This document shows, piece after piece, positions 16,670 through 26,636 of a stretch of DNA of 64,000 nt. The notes beneath the pieces are model-generated. The model saw only the letters and a program-made list of their open reading frames with translations, was not told the DNA's origin and did no database searches. Position numbers and translations under genes: made by a program. The stretch is from Candidatus Enterousia sp. (GTDB taxonomy: Bacteria; Pseudomonadota; Alphaproteobacteria; Rs-D84): positions 67,136 through 131,135 of the forward strand of contig JAZKZR010000010.1 in NCBI GenBank assembly GCA_045612805.1. Direction: 5' to 3'. Position 1 is the stretch's first letter, and each line of letters begins with the position of its first letter.

Positions 16670-18790
16670 AGATATCAAATACCCAAATGTCAATCCCAAT
16701 CCCAGTGTAATACCCATTGATTGAATTAAAAAGAAACTTGCAAACGCCAATATTCCAAACCCAACCAAACTGGTCAGGAAAGAAAACAAAACTGGTTTTA
16801 TTTCGTGGCTGTCCATCGCGTTAATATGAAAAATTGAATAATCCAAGCTTAGACCAATAACTATGAATAAACTTAATAAATGAAAGAATGTTATCGGTTG
16901 CCCAAACCATGTTAATACTGCGGCGGTTAGTCCAATGGCTAATACGGATGGTGCCAAATAAATCAAAGCTTTTTTCCTGTATAAAAATAGTAATAATAAC
17001 AACAATGCAACACCACACACGGCCAATAATTGATACGATTCATGCGAATACCGTTCCATTAAATCGTTCATTTGTTGTGCGGGCGAAATGGTTATCGCGT
17101 TTGGGGACGTTGTTGCAAAATCGGCATTAACATGTGCAACAAGATACATATATTTTCCATCATCAAACATAAATTTGCCTAATAGATTTTCCAATGTTTT
17201 ATTATCACGAATATCAGAAATTTGAATAGCCGGCGTTTCAACAAATTTTGGTGCCTTCCGAATCCCCAGCTCTTTTTGAATTTTTCGTGATTCCGATTTA
17301 TATAACGCACGAATTAGGTTTTGATTTTCAATTTGCCTTTCGATTGATGGAATAATGGTTGCGATATCAAAAAAATATCCTGATTCATCTTTGATTATTT
17401 CAGAAGTGCGTAAAGCATCATTTAGTGTTTCACCACGAATAAGCAAAAATTTAGACGTATTTACCCCGTTCAGGTCTTGCATTAACGATTCTGCGGCCAA
17501 TAGTTCCGAATTTGGTCGATATAATTGCGACATATTGTTTTTCGTTTTCATAAAAGGTATTGTTGCGACTATCGCCAAAATTATTGCACCGATTACAAAC
17601 GGACGATATTTTTTAGAAACGGCATGTGGCATTTTTACGGATGTTTTTTTTGCATCTATTTTTGTTGGCATAAATATCCGCCAACCTAAATAAATCGTGG
17701 CAAGCCCGGTAATGGTAAACACGGAAATCTGTTGCAACAAAGATACCCCGGAAAAAGCCAGTGGCAAAAAGCACACAACCGTCGTTAAAAAAGAATGCAA
17801 AATGTTTTTATGGATATTGTTGGCGTCTTTGTGAATCATCGCACTGATGAAATGGAACGAATAATCTATGCCCAATCCAATCAATGTCACACCAAACACA
17901 AATGTCAAAATATGCGGTTCGGCAAAACATAAAAATAAAGCCAACGCCCCAGATACAAACCCCAATCCCAAACTTAATACAACGGGCAACAGTGTCGCGG
18001 TTCTGCGAAATAATAACCAATTTAGCAATATGGCCATGGCCAACGCCAGAAATGAAAAAACACTTAATTGCAATTTGCTTGTTTGAGTCATATTCGCAGT
18101 GTGTATCGGGATTCCAGACAAGAAAACCCGCGCATCATCACCATTGTATTTTTTTATCATATTCGTCAAAGAATCAACGGTTTTTACCATGTCGTTCGTG
18201 TCGCGTGCATTAACATCCATGGAAATCAAAATATAATGATCGGGGGCAACATATTGCCATAAAAATCCGTCACGCGCGGTCCATTTGCCGTTCACCAATT
18301 TCAATTCGTTTACATAATTTGTGGACAAAAGAAAGGGGTCGTCGGTCAAACTTAAAACACTTGGCGCCATTGACCCCGAAACACTTGCAACCGCATTATC
18401 TGTAATTTTGGCAAATTCACCATTTTGAAGTATTTCGCGATAATTCGAACTTAAAAAAGAATTCCTGTGAATACGTAATTGGTTGATTGTATCAGATACG
18501 GAAAAATCGGTGGTTATAATCGATAATTTATCAAATTCATCCGCATCCAAAATGCGCGTTATTTCATTTGCGGTCTGTTTTGCGGTATTTAGATTTTCAG
18601 ATTTAATGACAACGTTAACAACATTTGAAAATTTGTTTGTTAAATTCCCGATGGGCCAATCGGCATAATTTATTTCGATCAAAGAATTAAGGTTGGTCTG
18701 AATCGACAATGGCGTGCGCCAAAGGCAAGTCGCCAAGAAAGCCACCAAACACACGATTCCAAAGATAATTTTTTTAACATTTAATTTCAT
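16643..18790 (-). CDS. MMPL/RND-superfamily membrane exporter (ApeM-like)
   Basis: 715 aa with two blocks of TM helices separated by large periplasmic domains, the typical MMPL architecture. It is adjacent to the GT-LolA-like gene. Confidence 0.7.
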   Translation of the reverse strand: MKLNVKKIIFGIVCLVAFLATCLWRTPLSIQTNLNSLIEINYADWPIGNLTNKFSNVVNVVIKSENLNTAKQTANEITRILDADEFDKLSIITTDFSVSDTINQLRIHRNSFLSSNYREILQNGEFAKITDNAVASVSGSMAPSVLSLTDDPFLLSTNYVNELKLVNGKWTARDGFLWQYVAPDHYILISMDVNARDTNDMVKTVDSLTNMIKKYNGDDARVFLSGIPIHTANMTQTSKLQLSVFSFLALAMAILLNWLLFRRTATLLPVVLSLGLGFVSGALALFLCFAEPHILTFVFGVTLIGLGIDYSFHFISAMIHKDANNIHKNILHSFLTTVVCFLPLAFSGVSLLQQISVFTITGLATIYLGWRIFMPTKIDAKKTSVKMPHAVSKKYRPFVIGAIILAIVATIPFMKTKNNMSQLYRPNSELLAAESLMQDLNGVNTSKFLLIRGETLNDALRTSEIIKDESGYFFDIATIIPSIERQIENQNLIRALYKSESRKIQKELGIRKAPKFVETPAIQISDIRDNKTLENLLGKFMFDDGKYMYLVAHVNADFATTSPNAITISPAQQMNDLMERYSHESYQLLAVCGVALLLLLLFLYRKKALIYLAPSVLAIGLTAAVLTWFGQPITFFHLLSLFIVIGLSLDYSIFHINAMDSHEIKPVLFSFLTSLVGFGILAFASFFLIQSMGITLGLGLTFGYLISLFLFCRQN

Positions 18791-20072
18791 CGGGCGAATC
18801 CGTTTTTATGCGTTTGAAATCAATCGTAATAGTCATGCCATTTTTATATGTGATAACAATTTGTTTCAAATCTTTTGTATCCCCGGTCAGTGTCAAAGAT
18901 TCCAAAAATTCGGCCACAGCGGAAATTTTGGGGGTCGCAACCAACACCCAATTCTTTTTAATTTCCGTATAATCCGCGTTAAAAGCGGTCAAAAACATGC
19001 CCATATCGCCGTCCATCATATCTTTTATCATGGATTGAACCTGGGAAAAATGGGGCAGGGCAGATAGAGCATTCGTATCACCATTTATACAATACGAATC
19101 CAGTGTGGACGTGAAGTCAAAGGCATTTGGTTTTTGCTGTTTCCATTTGAAGCCTGCGCCCTTTACAAATTTTACTGTGCCGGTTGCACGAAAAGTTTTG
19201 GTCGATTCCGGTAAAGTTTTTGTTTGCGTATATGATGCGTGCACGGTTCCCAAATTGTCGGTAAAGGTTTTTAATGTGGCGGGCATTTCGGTGATGTTTT
19301 GCGCATTGGCCGCGCCACAGATTATCATTGACACCAAAAATAAATTTTTAACCTTTTTGAACGCTTTCTTAATCAACCACCACGGCAATCCACAACATAG
19401 GTATATATGCAGCAAACTTATATAAAAATTATCCCGCCAAACATGGAAATGCGATATTCCGGTTTTGGGGTATATAACACGCGTTTCCGTGGTGACAATC
19501 CGAACCCCCGCGCGGTACAGTTTTACAAAAATTTCAATATCAATACCCATACGCAAAAAATGCAAAGATGATAATACGCGTTCGGTTTCGGCCAATGGAT
19601 ACACGCGAAATCCGCACATCGCATCGGGCATGTGCCGGTTCATTGTTTCAACCGCAACCCAAAAATTTGTAATTTTGCGCCCAATCAACCGGGACCGTGG
19701 TGCCGATGAATCATACACCGGTTGCCCCATAACAAGTGTATTTGGATTTTTTCTGGCAAGTTCTATGAATCTTGTAATATCATTTATATCATGTTGTCCA
19801 TCCGCATCAATTTGCAGTGCATTCGAAAACCCAAGTTGTAATGCCTTTCTAAACCCGGTTATCATGGCGGCACCCTTGCCGGCATTTTTTTCGTGTTTTA
19901 TATATGTATAACCATATTTTGTGCATGTGTGTTGTAATTTTTTAGATTGTTCCTTCATACTGCCGTCATCGACAACAATCACCGGAATTTTATGTTCATA
20001 AATTTGGCCGGCAACCCCAACAAATGCATCCGCATGATTAAAACAAGGTATTATTATGACGGGCTTAAACAT
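18774..20072 (-). CDS. Fusion protein: N-terminal family-2 glycosyltransferase, TM helix, C-terminal LolA-like outer-membrane-lipoprotein-carrier domain (ApeJ plus ApeL equivalents)
   Basis: Single 432-aa frame. Residues 1-230 have GT2 motifs (IIIPCFN, VVDDGS, DADGQHD, CGFRVY). A hydrophobic segment GLPWWLIKKAFKKVKNLFLVSMIICGAANA follows, then a beta-rich domain resembling LolA/LppX. No stop separates the domains. Confidence 0.6.
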   Translation of the reverse strand: MFKPVIIIPCFNHADAFVGVAGQIYEHKIPVIVVDDGSMKEQSKKLQHTCTKYGYTYIKHEKNAGKGAAMITGFRKALQLGFSNALQIDADGQHDINDITRFIELARKNPNTLVMGQPVYDSSAPRSRLIGRKITNFWVAVETMNRHMPDAMCGFRVYPLAETERVLSSLHFLRMGIDIEIFVKLYRAGVRIVTTETRVIYPKTGISHFHVWRDNFYISLLHIYLCCGLPWWLIKKAFKKVKNLFLVSMIICGAANAQNITEMPATLKTFTDNLGTVHASYTQTKTLPESTKTFRATGTVKFVKGAGFKWKQQKPNAFDFTSTLDSYCINGDTNALSALPHFSQVQSMIKDMMDGDMGMFLTAFNADYTEIKKNWVLVATPKISAVAEFLESLTLTGDTKDLKQIVITYKNGMTITIDFKRIKTDSPDEIKC

Positions 20073-20074
20073 CT

Positions 20075-21772
20075 TTATTCCTTTATAACAATTTTACCGG
20101 CCGAATATTTTACATCGCCATTTTCATAACAGAAACTAAATTCATCTTCATTTAATTTATTTAATTCAAAATGCACCATTGTATCCGGCAAAATCAAATT
20201 GGTAAATTTTAGTTTTATAATATCATAAGTTTTAACATTTTTATGAAAAAACATTTGAATGAATTTAATAACGAAATGCAGTTGCATCACACCCGGTAAA
20301 ATAGGGCAATTTTCAAAATGTCCCTTGAAATATGCGGAATCCCCCAAAAAGATAAAATCCGCGGATAAAAAATTGTCGTTTTTTACCAAGTTTTTTGCGA
20401 TTGGGTCCGCCACCGCGGAACGCAAAATTTCGGCAATTTCGGACTTTAATATCTTGCCTTGGGTATTCATCGGTATTTTATTAACAATTCTAATTTTTCG
20501 TGGCAATGCGACATTTGGAAAATATACCGACAGCCAATTTTTTATATCAGATACAAATTCATGCCGCCCATGCGCGGTTATAAAATCTTTGCCCGCATCG
20601 GTTAGGGTTAAAACGCACCCAATAACAATTCGTCCATTTTGATTCACGGTTGTCACATAACAACCATCAACGAATTTATGCGACCCCAATTTTTCTTCGT
20701 ATTCCGGCAATGATATTCGTTCTTCGGCAATTTTAACAATTCTGTCTGCACGCCCCTTTAACAAGAATTGCCTTTCATTTTGCACCTCTATCACATCCGA
20801 CATTTGAAAAGGACGTGCACAGCAAAATTCCGAATCCGCAATTATACAATTATTTTCATCTAAACCGATTTTAACATCATCAAAAGCCGTCCAAGACGGC
20901 CCGTTTTTCTGTTGCCGAAATGCAACGCCACCGGTTTCGGTACTGCCAAAAACCTCAAAAGGTGATGCGCCAAAGATTTCGAATGCTTTTTGCGATGTTT
21001 CAGGCCTTAACAAACTGCCCGAAGAAAAAATGCCAATGCAATTATTTGGAAAATCGTATTGGTTTTGATATTTTGTTATACCATCCAAGAACGAAGGTGT
21101 GGTCGCAAATAATACATTGGCAAATTTATGTTGCGATGCCTGTAATTCTTCGGGTGTAAAAATCATATTTGTGTCAACCGCGATGCCGGCGGAAAGTGGA
21201 ATTAAAAAACGCCACAGCAAACCGTACATATGATATGGTGCGATTGATGCAATCATCACGGGATTTTTGACAAAATTATCGTGTTGCATTTTATTATGCA
21301 TGGCAACTTCGGCCGCCAGATTATGAAATGTTTTACAGATTTTTTTTGGTGCGCCGGTACTGCCCGATGTGAAAAAATATATCAATCGGTCATCCATATC
21401 ACAGAAATCCCAATTGCCACCAAAATCTTGATTGATATCAACAAATGTAAAGCCGGCAAAATCAAATTTTTGGTCGGTCACAATTGTGTCGGTTAATTCA
21501 CGCAGTGTATCGATATTTTGTTCCGTTAGCATCGCGGGCAAAATCACATCTTTGCCGGCCTGCATCAACCCCATAAAGGTCACATAAAACATATAAATAT
21601 CATTTGGAATAAATAAAATCACCGTCTTGGCATCCGTGCGGGCAAATATGTTCGCCATGCGCGCAACATCGTTTGAAAATTCATGGAACGACACACCCGT
21701 CCCACCGCGATAGAAAACCGTCCGTGTCGGTGCGATATTATTGATAAAAAACTTATTTATTTCCGCGAACAT
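20075..21772 (-). CDS. Fusion protein: AMP-dependent synthetase/ligase (acyl-ACP synthetase-like adenylating enzyme) plus C-terminal FabA/FabZ-like hotdog dehydratase (ApeH plus ApeI equivalents)
   Basis: About 565 aa. The adenylation motifs FFTSGSTGAPKK, FGSTETGG and ...GKILKSE are followed by hotdog-fold motifs AYFKGHFENCPILPGVMQLHFV. Confidence 0.65.
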   Translation of the reverse strand: MFAEINKFFINNIAPTRTVFYRGGTGVSFHEFSNDVARMANIFARTDAKTVILFIPNDIYMFYVTFMGLMQAGKDVILPAMLTEQNIDTLRELTDTIVTDQKFDFAGFTFVDINQDFGGNWDFCDMDDRLIYFFTSGSTGAPKKICKTFHNLAAEVAMHNKMQHDNFVKNPVMIASIAPYHMYGLLWRFLIPLSAGIAVDTNMIFTPEELQASQHKFANVLFATTPSFLDGITKYQNQYDFPNNCIGIFSSGSLLRPETSQKAFEIFGASPFEVFGSTETGGVAFRQQKNGPSWTAFDDVKIGLDENNCIIADSEFCCARPFQMSDVIEVQNERQFLLKGRADRIVKIAEERISLPEYEEKLGSHKFVDGCYVTTVNQNGRIVIGCVLTLTDAGKDFITAHGRHEFVSDIKNWLSVYFPNVALPRKIRIVNKIPMNTQGKILKSEIAEILRSAVADPIAKNLVKNDNFLSADFIFLGDSAYFKGHFENCPILPGVMQLHFVIKFIQMFFHKNVKTYDIIKLKFTNLILPDTMVHFELNKLNEDEFSFCYENGDVKYSAGKIVIKE

Positions 21773-22310
21773 CCATATGCCTTTTGTGAATAATAAACAC
21801 AACCACGATCATCATAGCAATCAGAATATAGGAAATCAAACCGTTAAACAAAACCCAAATTTCATCAGATAAAAATACGGTTACGCAAGAAACCGCCGCC
21901 AAACAAAACATAAAAATCGCCCACGCATATGTTGCCCGATGCGCATATTGTTTGTCGGTCGCGCCCAATTTATACCCCATCTTTGTTGCAAACTTTTCAA
22001 TCAAAGGCACCCCACGTAATGATAGCGCGAACATTAAACACACCGAAATATTCATCAAAACGGGGTACAGTTTTAGAAAAACATCATCATTAAATATAAT
22101 TAAACCCAAACCAAACAATAAAACGCATATAAATATCCATATGTTTTTATTGCGTACAAACGAAATACCCGCGGCGGCCAATAAAAATAGTGCCAAAAAA
22201 CGCACCGCAACGTGCCGCTTTAACGCAAAAAACACGACAAACGGATAGATAACAGTAAACCCAACACCAAGAACCTTAATGATTTTTATTAACGATTTTT
22301 TCAATGGCAT
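21753..22310 (-). CDS. Integral membrane protein of the APE-like cluster (ApeG-like); start uncertain, overlaps ACP gene
   Basis: Four to five TM helices. The ATG chosen is at MPLKKS. The track ORF extends to 22409, overlapping the upstream ACP. Confidence 0.45.
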   Translation of the reverse strand: MPLKKSLIKIIKVLGVGFTVIYPFVVFFALKRHVAVRFLALFLLAAAGISFVRNKNIWIFICVLLFGLGLIIFNDDVFLKLYPVLMNISVCLMFALSLRGVPLIEKFATKMGYKLGATDKQYAHRATYAWAIFMFCLAAVSCVTVFLSDEIWVLFNGLISYILIAMMIVVVFIIHKRHMDVRGNK

Positions 22311-22530
22311 CAACCATGTCTTGTAAAGTGCGAATTTGTTTGAAATCATCGGGTTCAACCTTGCAGCCAATGATTTTTTGCAATCGAACCACAAGGTCCA
22401 CGGCATCAATTGAATCCAAATCTAAATCTTCAATCAATAATGATTCTGGTTTCAATTTGTCCGAATCTATATCAAATTCTTTGACCAAGATATTTTTTAT
22501 TTCTTTAAAAATTTCGTCTTTTGTGTACAT
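22276..22530 (-). CDS. Acyl carrier protein
   Basis: 84 aa with the DLDSIDAVDL phosphopantetheine-attachment motif. Confidence 0.8.
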   Translation of the reverse strand: MYTKDEIFKEIKNILVKEFDIDSDKLKPESLLIEDLDLDSIDAVDLVVRLQKIIGCKVEPDDFKQIRTLQDMVDAIEKIVNKNH

Positions 22531-22536
22531 ATCAAT

Positions 22537-22812
22537 TTACTCCAATGTAATGTTTTTTGATTCCGCAATATACGTTGCCAAACGTGCCACAGATTTGAAA
22601 TATTCCTTGTTGGCTTCTTTATCCGCCTTAAAATTTACCTGATATTTTTTCTTTAGCGCCATACCCAATTCCAACGCATCAATGGAATCAAGCCCAAGCC
22701 CAGTTCCAAAAAGTGGCGCAGACGCATCAATATCATCGGCCGTCACGTCTTCTAAATCCAACGCAGATACGATTAGTTCTTTGATTTCACGTTCCAATAA
22801 TTCCCGTTTCAT
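22537..22812 (-). CDS. Acyl carrier protein (second tandem ACP)
   Basis: 91 aa with the LGLDSIDALEL motif. Confidence 0.8.
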   Translation of the reverse strand: MKRELLEREIKELIVSALDLEDVTADDIDASAPLFGTGLGLDSIDALELGMALKKKYQVNFKADKEANKEYFKSVARLATYIAESKNITLE

Positions 22813-22872
22813 ATCACATCCTTATGCAGGCAATACTAACAATATACAAATAAAAATTCAAGGAAATTATAC

Positions 22873-23607
22873 CTAAAACAATATGTTTTTGGCTTTTTCT
22901 GTGATATCAACCGCGATGGCGCGTTTATTTGTTTTTTTTATCGTATTATAACAAATCAATGACATGGGGATAATATCATACACGGACGTCTTATTCCCGA
23001 TGCCCCACCATTTTTGTGTTTTCCCCAATATTGGTGGTGTATTGGTAATTTTTATGGGCAAAATGTTTGCCCCGGTCGCCATTTGCAGGTATGCAAACCC
23101 GCGGTGCAATCGTATTATTTTGTTCGACACCGTCCGTGTTCCTTCGGGAAAAATAACGATATTATATCCCCGTGCCAAAATATCCGAACCGTTCGCAATA
23201 AATTCGTCTGGCTTCATCGTGTTGGACAGATATGTGTTGCCGATAACCCGGCGAACAAACACATTTCTAAATAAACTTTCCTTTACAACACACACTGAAT
23301 TTGGAATTCGTGATACCAAGATAACAACATCAATCAAAGAAGGGTGGTTGGCAATCACAATTGTCCCACGCAGTTTTTTTAATTGTTTGCACGCCGGGCA
23401 ATTTACCCTGATTAAACGCAAAGCACACAATAACCATATGAACGCACGCCAAGAAAGATGAATTGTGTTTATAAAAATTTTTCGCTGTTTATCGGACCTG
23501 GACACCAATAAAATAACGGGGAATATCGCGGACCCAATCAGCAAACCGCCCAATCCAAAGATACAAAAACAAAACGCACAAAGAAGTGACCGTATAAATT
23601 TAATCAT
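22873..23607 (-). CDS. 1-acyl-sn-glycerol-3-phosphate acyltransferase-like (lysophospholipid acyltransferase family, ApeD-like)
   Basis: 244 aa with an N-terminal TM segment. The NHPSLIDV (HX4D) and FPEGTR motifs are present. Confidence 0.75.
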   Translation of the reverse strand: MIKFIRSLLCAFCFCIFGLGGLLIGSAIFPVILLVSRSDKQRKIFINTIHLSWRAFIWLLCALRLIRVNCPACKQLKKLRGTIVIANHPSLIDVVILVSRIPNSVCVVKESLFRNVFVRRVIGNTYLSNTMKPDEFIANGSDILARGYNIVIFPEGTRTVSNKIIRLHRGFAYLQMATGANILPIKITNTPPILGKTQKWWGIGNKTSVYDIIPMSLICYNTIKKTNKRAIAVDITEKAKNILF

Positions 23608-24232
23608 TTTGCATTGTCCAACTTTTTGTTGTCACGCAATTTGTTCGCCCTTGCAAAAAATCCACCATTGTTTCCAATGTTAAAAGATTTGCATCGCAAT
23701 CGCCTTTTGTGATTTTAATTCCGCGTTTGCCGTGTTTTTTTATCATAAATGCCAATCCAAATGCGTTGTGTGGCGTGTCCAACAATGGCGCGTACATATC
23801 CGGATTATGTTCACCCGCAAACACAACCATAACATCGCAGGGTTCCATTAACGCCTTTAATATCGCCATTCCAAGGGTGTTATCGCCCGCCGCAATTGAT
23901 GTATAACTGTTTGTGTTTCGGGTAAGTAATGAAAACAGCCCCGCGGCGGCATTATGCACAGAATTACTGAATCCCGCCGGTGACATTTCATGTTCTTCAA
24001 AAAATTGTTTGATTAACTGTATCGTTTGTCCCCATTCGCCGAATTTAGATGCAAACACGGTCGTATAATCTTGTGCCCCTTGGACAATTTTCCCGGCGAT
24101 TCCAACGGCGATTTTTTCAATGTTCGACATACGACGACGAACCATGGATGGAATAAAAGAAAAATCCGGCAATTTTTCATCCGCTGATTCTTGCCAAATA
24201 ATAAAATCATCAATATAGATTTTGTTGTTCAT
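23600..24232 (-). CDS. Beta-ketoacyl synthase N-terminal-like protein lacking the active-site Cys (chain-length-factor-like, ApeC-like)
   Basis: About 210 aa. Internal ATG at MNNKIYIDDFIIW. A KS-like fold with FSNSVHNAAAG in place of the catalytic Cys. Confidence 0.5.
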   Translation of the reverse strand: MNNKIYIDDFIIWQESADEKLPDFSFIPSMVRRRMSNIEKIAVGIAGKIVQGAQDYTTVFASKFGEWGQTIQLIKQFFEEHEMSPAGFSNSVHNAAAGLFSLLTRNTNSYTSIAAGDNTLGMAILKALMEPCDVMVVFAGEHNPDMYAPLLDTPHNAFGLAFMIKKHGKRGIKITKGDCDANLLTLETMVDFLQGRTNCVTTKSWTMQND

Positions 24233-24308
24233 ACTTGAAAAATACTTTTTTTTATAGCACAGTGGCATTATATGAAAAAAATCATAATTTGCAAGCGGGT
24301 TTATGTAT

Positions 24309-25445
24309 ATGTCGGTGATATTACAAGATTTGGGTTTTGTTTGTGCGCTTGGGGTGTCGCACGATGAAATTGTTGAAAACGCACGGCGCGGCGACACGTC
24401 GGGTATGTTTCGTGTGATGCCGACCGTGGCGGAAACATCGGTTCCGTTTGGTTCGGTGAATATCGAAACGCACGAAATAATGCGATGCTATGATTTATTA
24501 CTTGCGGCATTGCGACAAATTGAACCGGCAATATCGAAATTAAAATCTGATTATGCACCGGACAGAATTGGAATAGTTATCGGTGCAAGTAATACCGGCG
24601 TGCACGAGGCGCAAAAACATTTAAACATTGCATTGGGAACAGGCAAATTGCCACATGAATTTTCCTTGTCCGAACTAGAATTATATTCACCAACCGCATT
24701 TTTGGTTGAAAAAACTGGGTTCGCCGGCCCCGCATATACCGTATCAACGGCCTGTTCATCCAGTGCCAAGGTTTTTCAAGATGCCAAGGATTTAATAGAA
24801 CAGGACATCTGTGACGCGGTTTTGGTTGGTGGTGTTGATGCGCGTTGTGATTTTGCACTGAACGGGTTTAATGCACTATCGGCACTTAGTTATAAACACA
24901 CAAACCCAATGTCGCAAAATCGTGACGGAATCAACCTTGGCGAAGGCGCGGCTCTTTTCATAATGACGCGTGGGGCGGTCGGTATAAAAATGTTGGGCGT
25001 GGGCGAAAGTTCCGATGCGTATCATTTAACAAGTCCGGATCCAACCGGGGCCGGTGCCATTGCTTCTATGAATTCTGCATTATTAAATGCTGGTTTAACG
25101 CCGGAAAAAATTGATTTTATAAATATGCACGGAACGGGAACGATTGCCAACGATGCGATGGAATCTTTGGCTATAAATTCGGTTTTTGGTGATAAAACGT
25201 TGTGTGCATCAACAAAACCATTAACCGGTCACACCCTTGGGGCGGCCGGCGCGGTAAGTGTGGCACTATCGTGGCTTATGATAAAACACCAATTTGTAAT
25301 ACCGCACATTTTTGATGGTGAATATGGTGCGGATTGTGCAAAGATAAATTTGGCGACCACGCAATGCAAAAAAAACATAAACAATGTGTTGTGCAACGCC
25401 TTTGCTTTCGGGGGCAGCAACGCAAGTGTAATAATTGGACGGTAA
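24309..25445 (+). CDS. Beta-ketoacyl-ACP synthase (KS, ApeO-like)
   Basis: Active-site TACSSS. The HGTGT and GHTLGAAG motifs are present. Divergent from the CLF-like gene. Confidence 0.8.
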   Translation: MSVILQDLGFVCALGVSHDEIVENARRGDTSGMFRVMPTVAETSVPFGSVNIETHEIMRCYDLLLAALRQIEPAISKLKSDYAPDRIGIVIGASNTGVHEAQKHLNIALGTGKLPHEFSLSELELYSPTAFLVEKTGFAGPAYTVSTACSSSAKVFQDAKDLIEQDICDAVLVGGVDARCDFALNGFNALSALSYKHTNPMSQNRDGINLGEGAALFIMTRGAVGIKMLGVGESSDAYHLTSPDPTGAGAIASMNSALLNAGLTPEKIDFINMHGTGTIANDAMESLAINSVFGDKTLCASTKPLTGHTLGAAGAVSVALSWLMIKHQFVIPHIFDGEYGADCAKINLATTQCKKNINNVLCNAFAFGGSNASVIIGR

Positions 25446-25446
25446 A

Positions 25447-25917
25447 ATGGGCAAATATGATTTAACAAAACTTATACCACAACGCACGCCGATGATTTTC
25501 TTGTCGGACATTGAAAATTTTGATTATGAAAACCAAACCTTGGTTGCGCGGGTTGATGTTCGTGATCCAGATTTATTGTTTGATAAAAATCTTGGTGGCA
25601 TTCCGTCTTGGGCGTGTTTGGAATTTATGGCACAAAGTGTCGCGGCCTATGTCGGATTGGGCGATTTGCATGAAGACCCAAATGCAATGCCCGCGGTCGG
25701 GTTTGTTTTGGGGTCGCGCAAAATATCTGTATCGGCCCCCGTGTATTTGGCCGGACATTCATACTTTGTGCATGTTAAATCTTTATTTTGTGACCAAAAC
25801 ATTGCGTCATTTGATTGTCAGATTCTTGATGAAAATAACAATGTCGTTGCGGCCGGCGCACTAAACGCCTTTCGACCGGATGATATAACAAAATTTATGG
25901 AGAACAGAAATGAATAA
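25447..25917 (+). CDS. Hotdog-fold 3-hydroxyacyl-ACP dehydratase (ApeP-like)
   Basis: About 156 aa with a hotdog pattern (...GIPSWACLEFMAQSVAAYVGL...). It is translationally coupled to the upstream KS. Confidence 0.6.
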   Translation: MGKYDLTKLIPQRTPMIFLSDIENFDYENQTLVARVDVRDPDLLFDKNLGGIPSWACLEFMAQSVAAYVGLGDLHEDPNAMPAVGFVLGSRKISVSAPVYLAGHSYFVHVKSLFCDQNIASFDCQILDENNNVVAAGALNAFRPDDITKFMENRNE

Positions 25918-26635
25918 AACGGTTCTTATTACGGGTGCAAGTCGTGGCATAGGGCGCGCAATCGCGATATATCTTGCGCGGGCGGGTTATGATTTGGTGT
26001 TACATTATAATTCAAATTCTGCAGCGGCGAATGAAACACTAAACGCGGTTAAATCGTTTGGTGCGCGGGCGCGGTTATTGTGTTTTGATATCGCCAACCG
26101 TGTGCAGACAAATGATGTTATAAACGCGGATATTGCACAGTATGGCGCATATTGGGGCGTTATTTGCAACGCGGGGATAAACCAAGATGCCCCGTTCCCA
26201 GCGATTGAACCCGACGCATGGGACAGGGTGGTTCACACAAACCTGGACGGACTTTATAATGTGTTGCATGCGACGGTTATGCCGATGATTTCTGCGCGCG
26301 CCGGCGGTCGCATCGTGGCGTTGTCGTCCGTGTCGGGATTGATTGGTAACCGTGGCCAGGCAAACTATGCCGCATCCAAGGCCGGAATTATTGGCGCGTG
26401 TAAATCTTTGGCAATTGAATTGGCGCGACGTAATATAACGGTAAATTGTATTGCGCCGGGTATTATCGAAACTGATATGACCGCTGATTTGCCTGATGGT
26501 ATTGTTGATCAGGCAATACCGATGCGTCGCGCCGGTCGGCCCGACGAAGTGGCAAGTTTGGTTGCGTATTTATTATCTGACGATGCGGGTTATATCACGC
26601 GCCAGGTTATATCTGTAAATGGGGGGCTTATCTAA
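25910..26635 (+). CDS. fabG: 3-oxoacyl-ACP reductase (SDR family, FabG/ApeQ-like)
   Basis: TGASRGIGRAIA cofactor motif. Catalytic S...YAASKAG, and the IAPGIIETDM motif. Confidence 0.85.
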   Translation: MNKTVLITGASRGIGRAIAIYLARAGYDLVLHYNSNSAAANETLNAVKSFGARARLLCFDIANRVQTNDVINADIAQYGAYWGVICNAGINQDAPFPAIEPDAWDRVVHTNLDGLYNVLHATVMPMISARAGGRIVALSSVSGLIGNRGQANYAASKAGIIGACKSLAIELARRNITVNCIAPGIIETDMTADLPDGIVDQAIPMRRAGRPDEVASLVAYLLSDDAGYITRQVISVNGGLI

Positions 26636-26636
26636 A

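Noticed and set aside
16643-18790. Interpretation of the 715-aa transporter as a lipid A or LPS exporter belonging to an LPS locus
   Set aside because: The neighbours are ACPs, KS, KR, DH and a PPTase rather than lpx/kds genes. The architecture fits the MMPL exporter of APE/glycolipid clusters.
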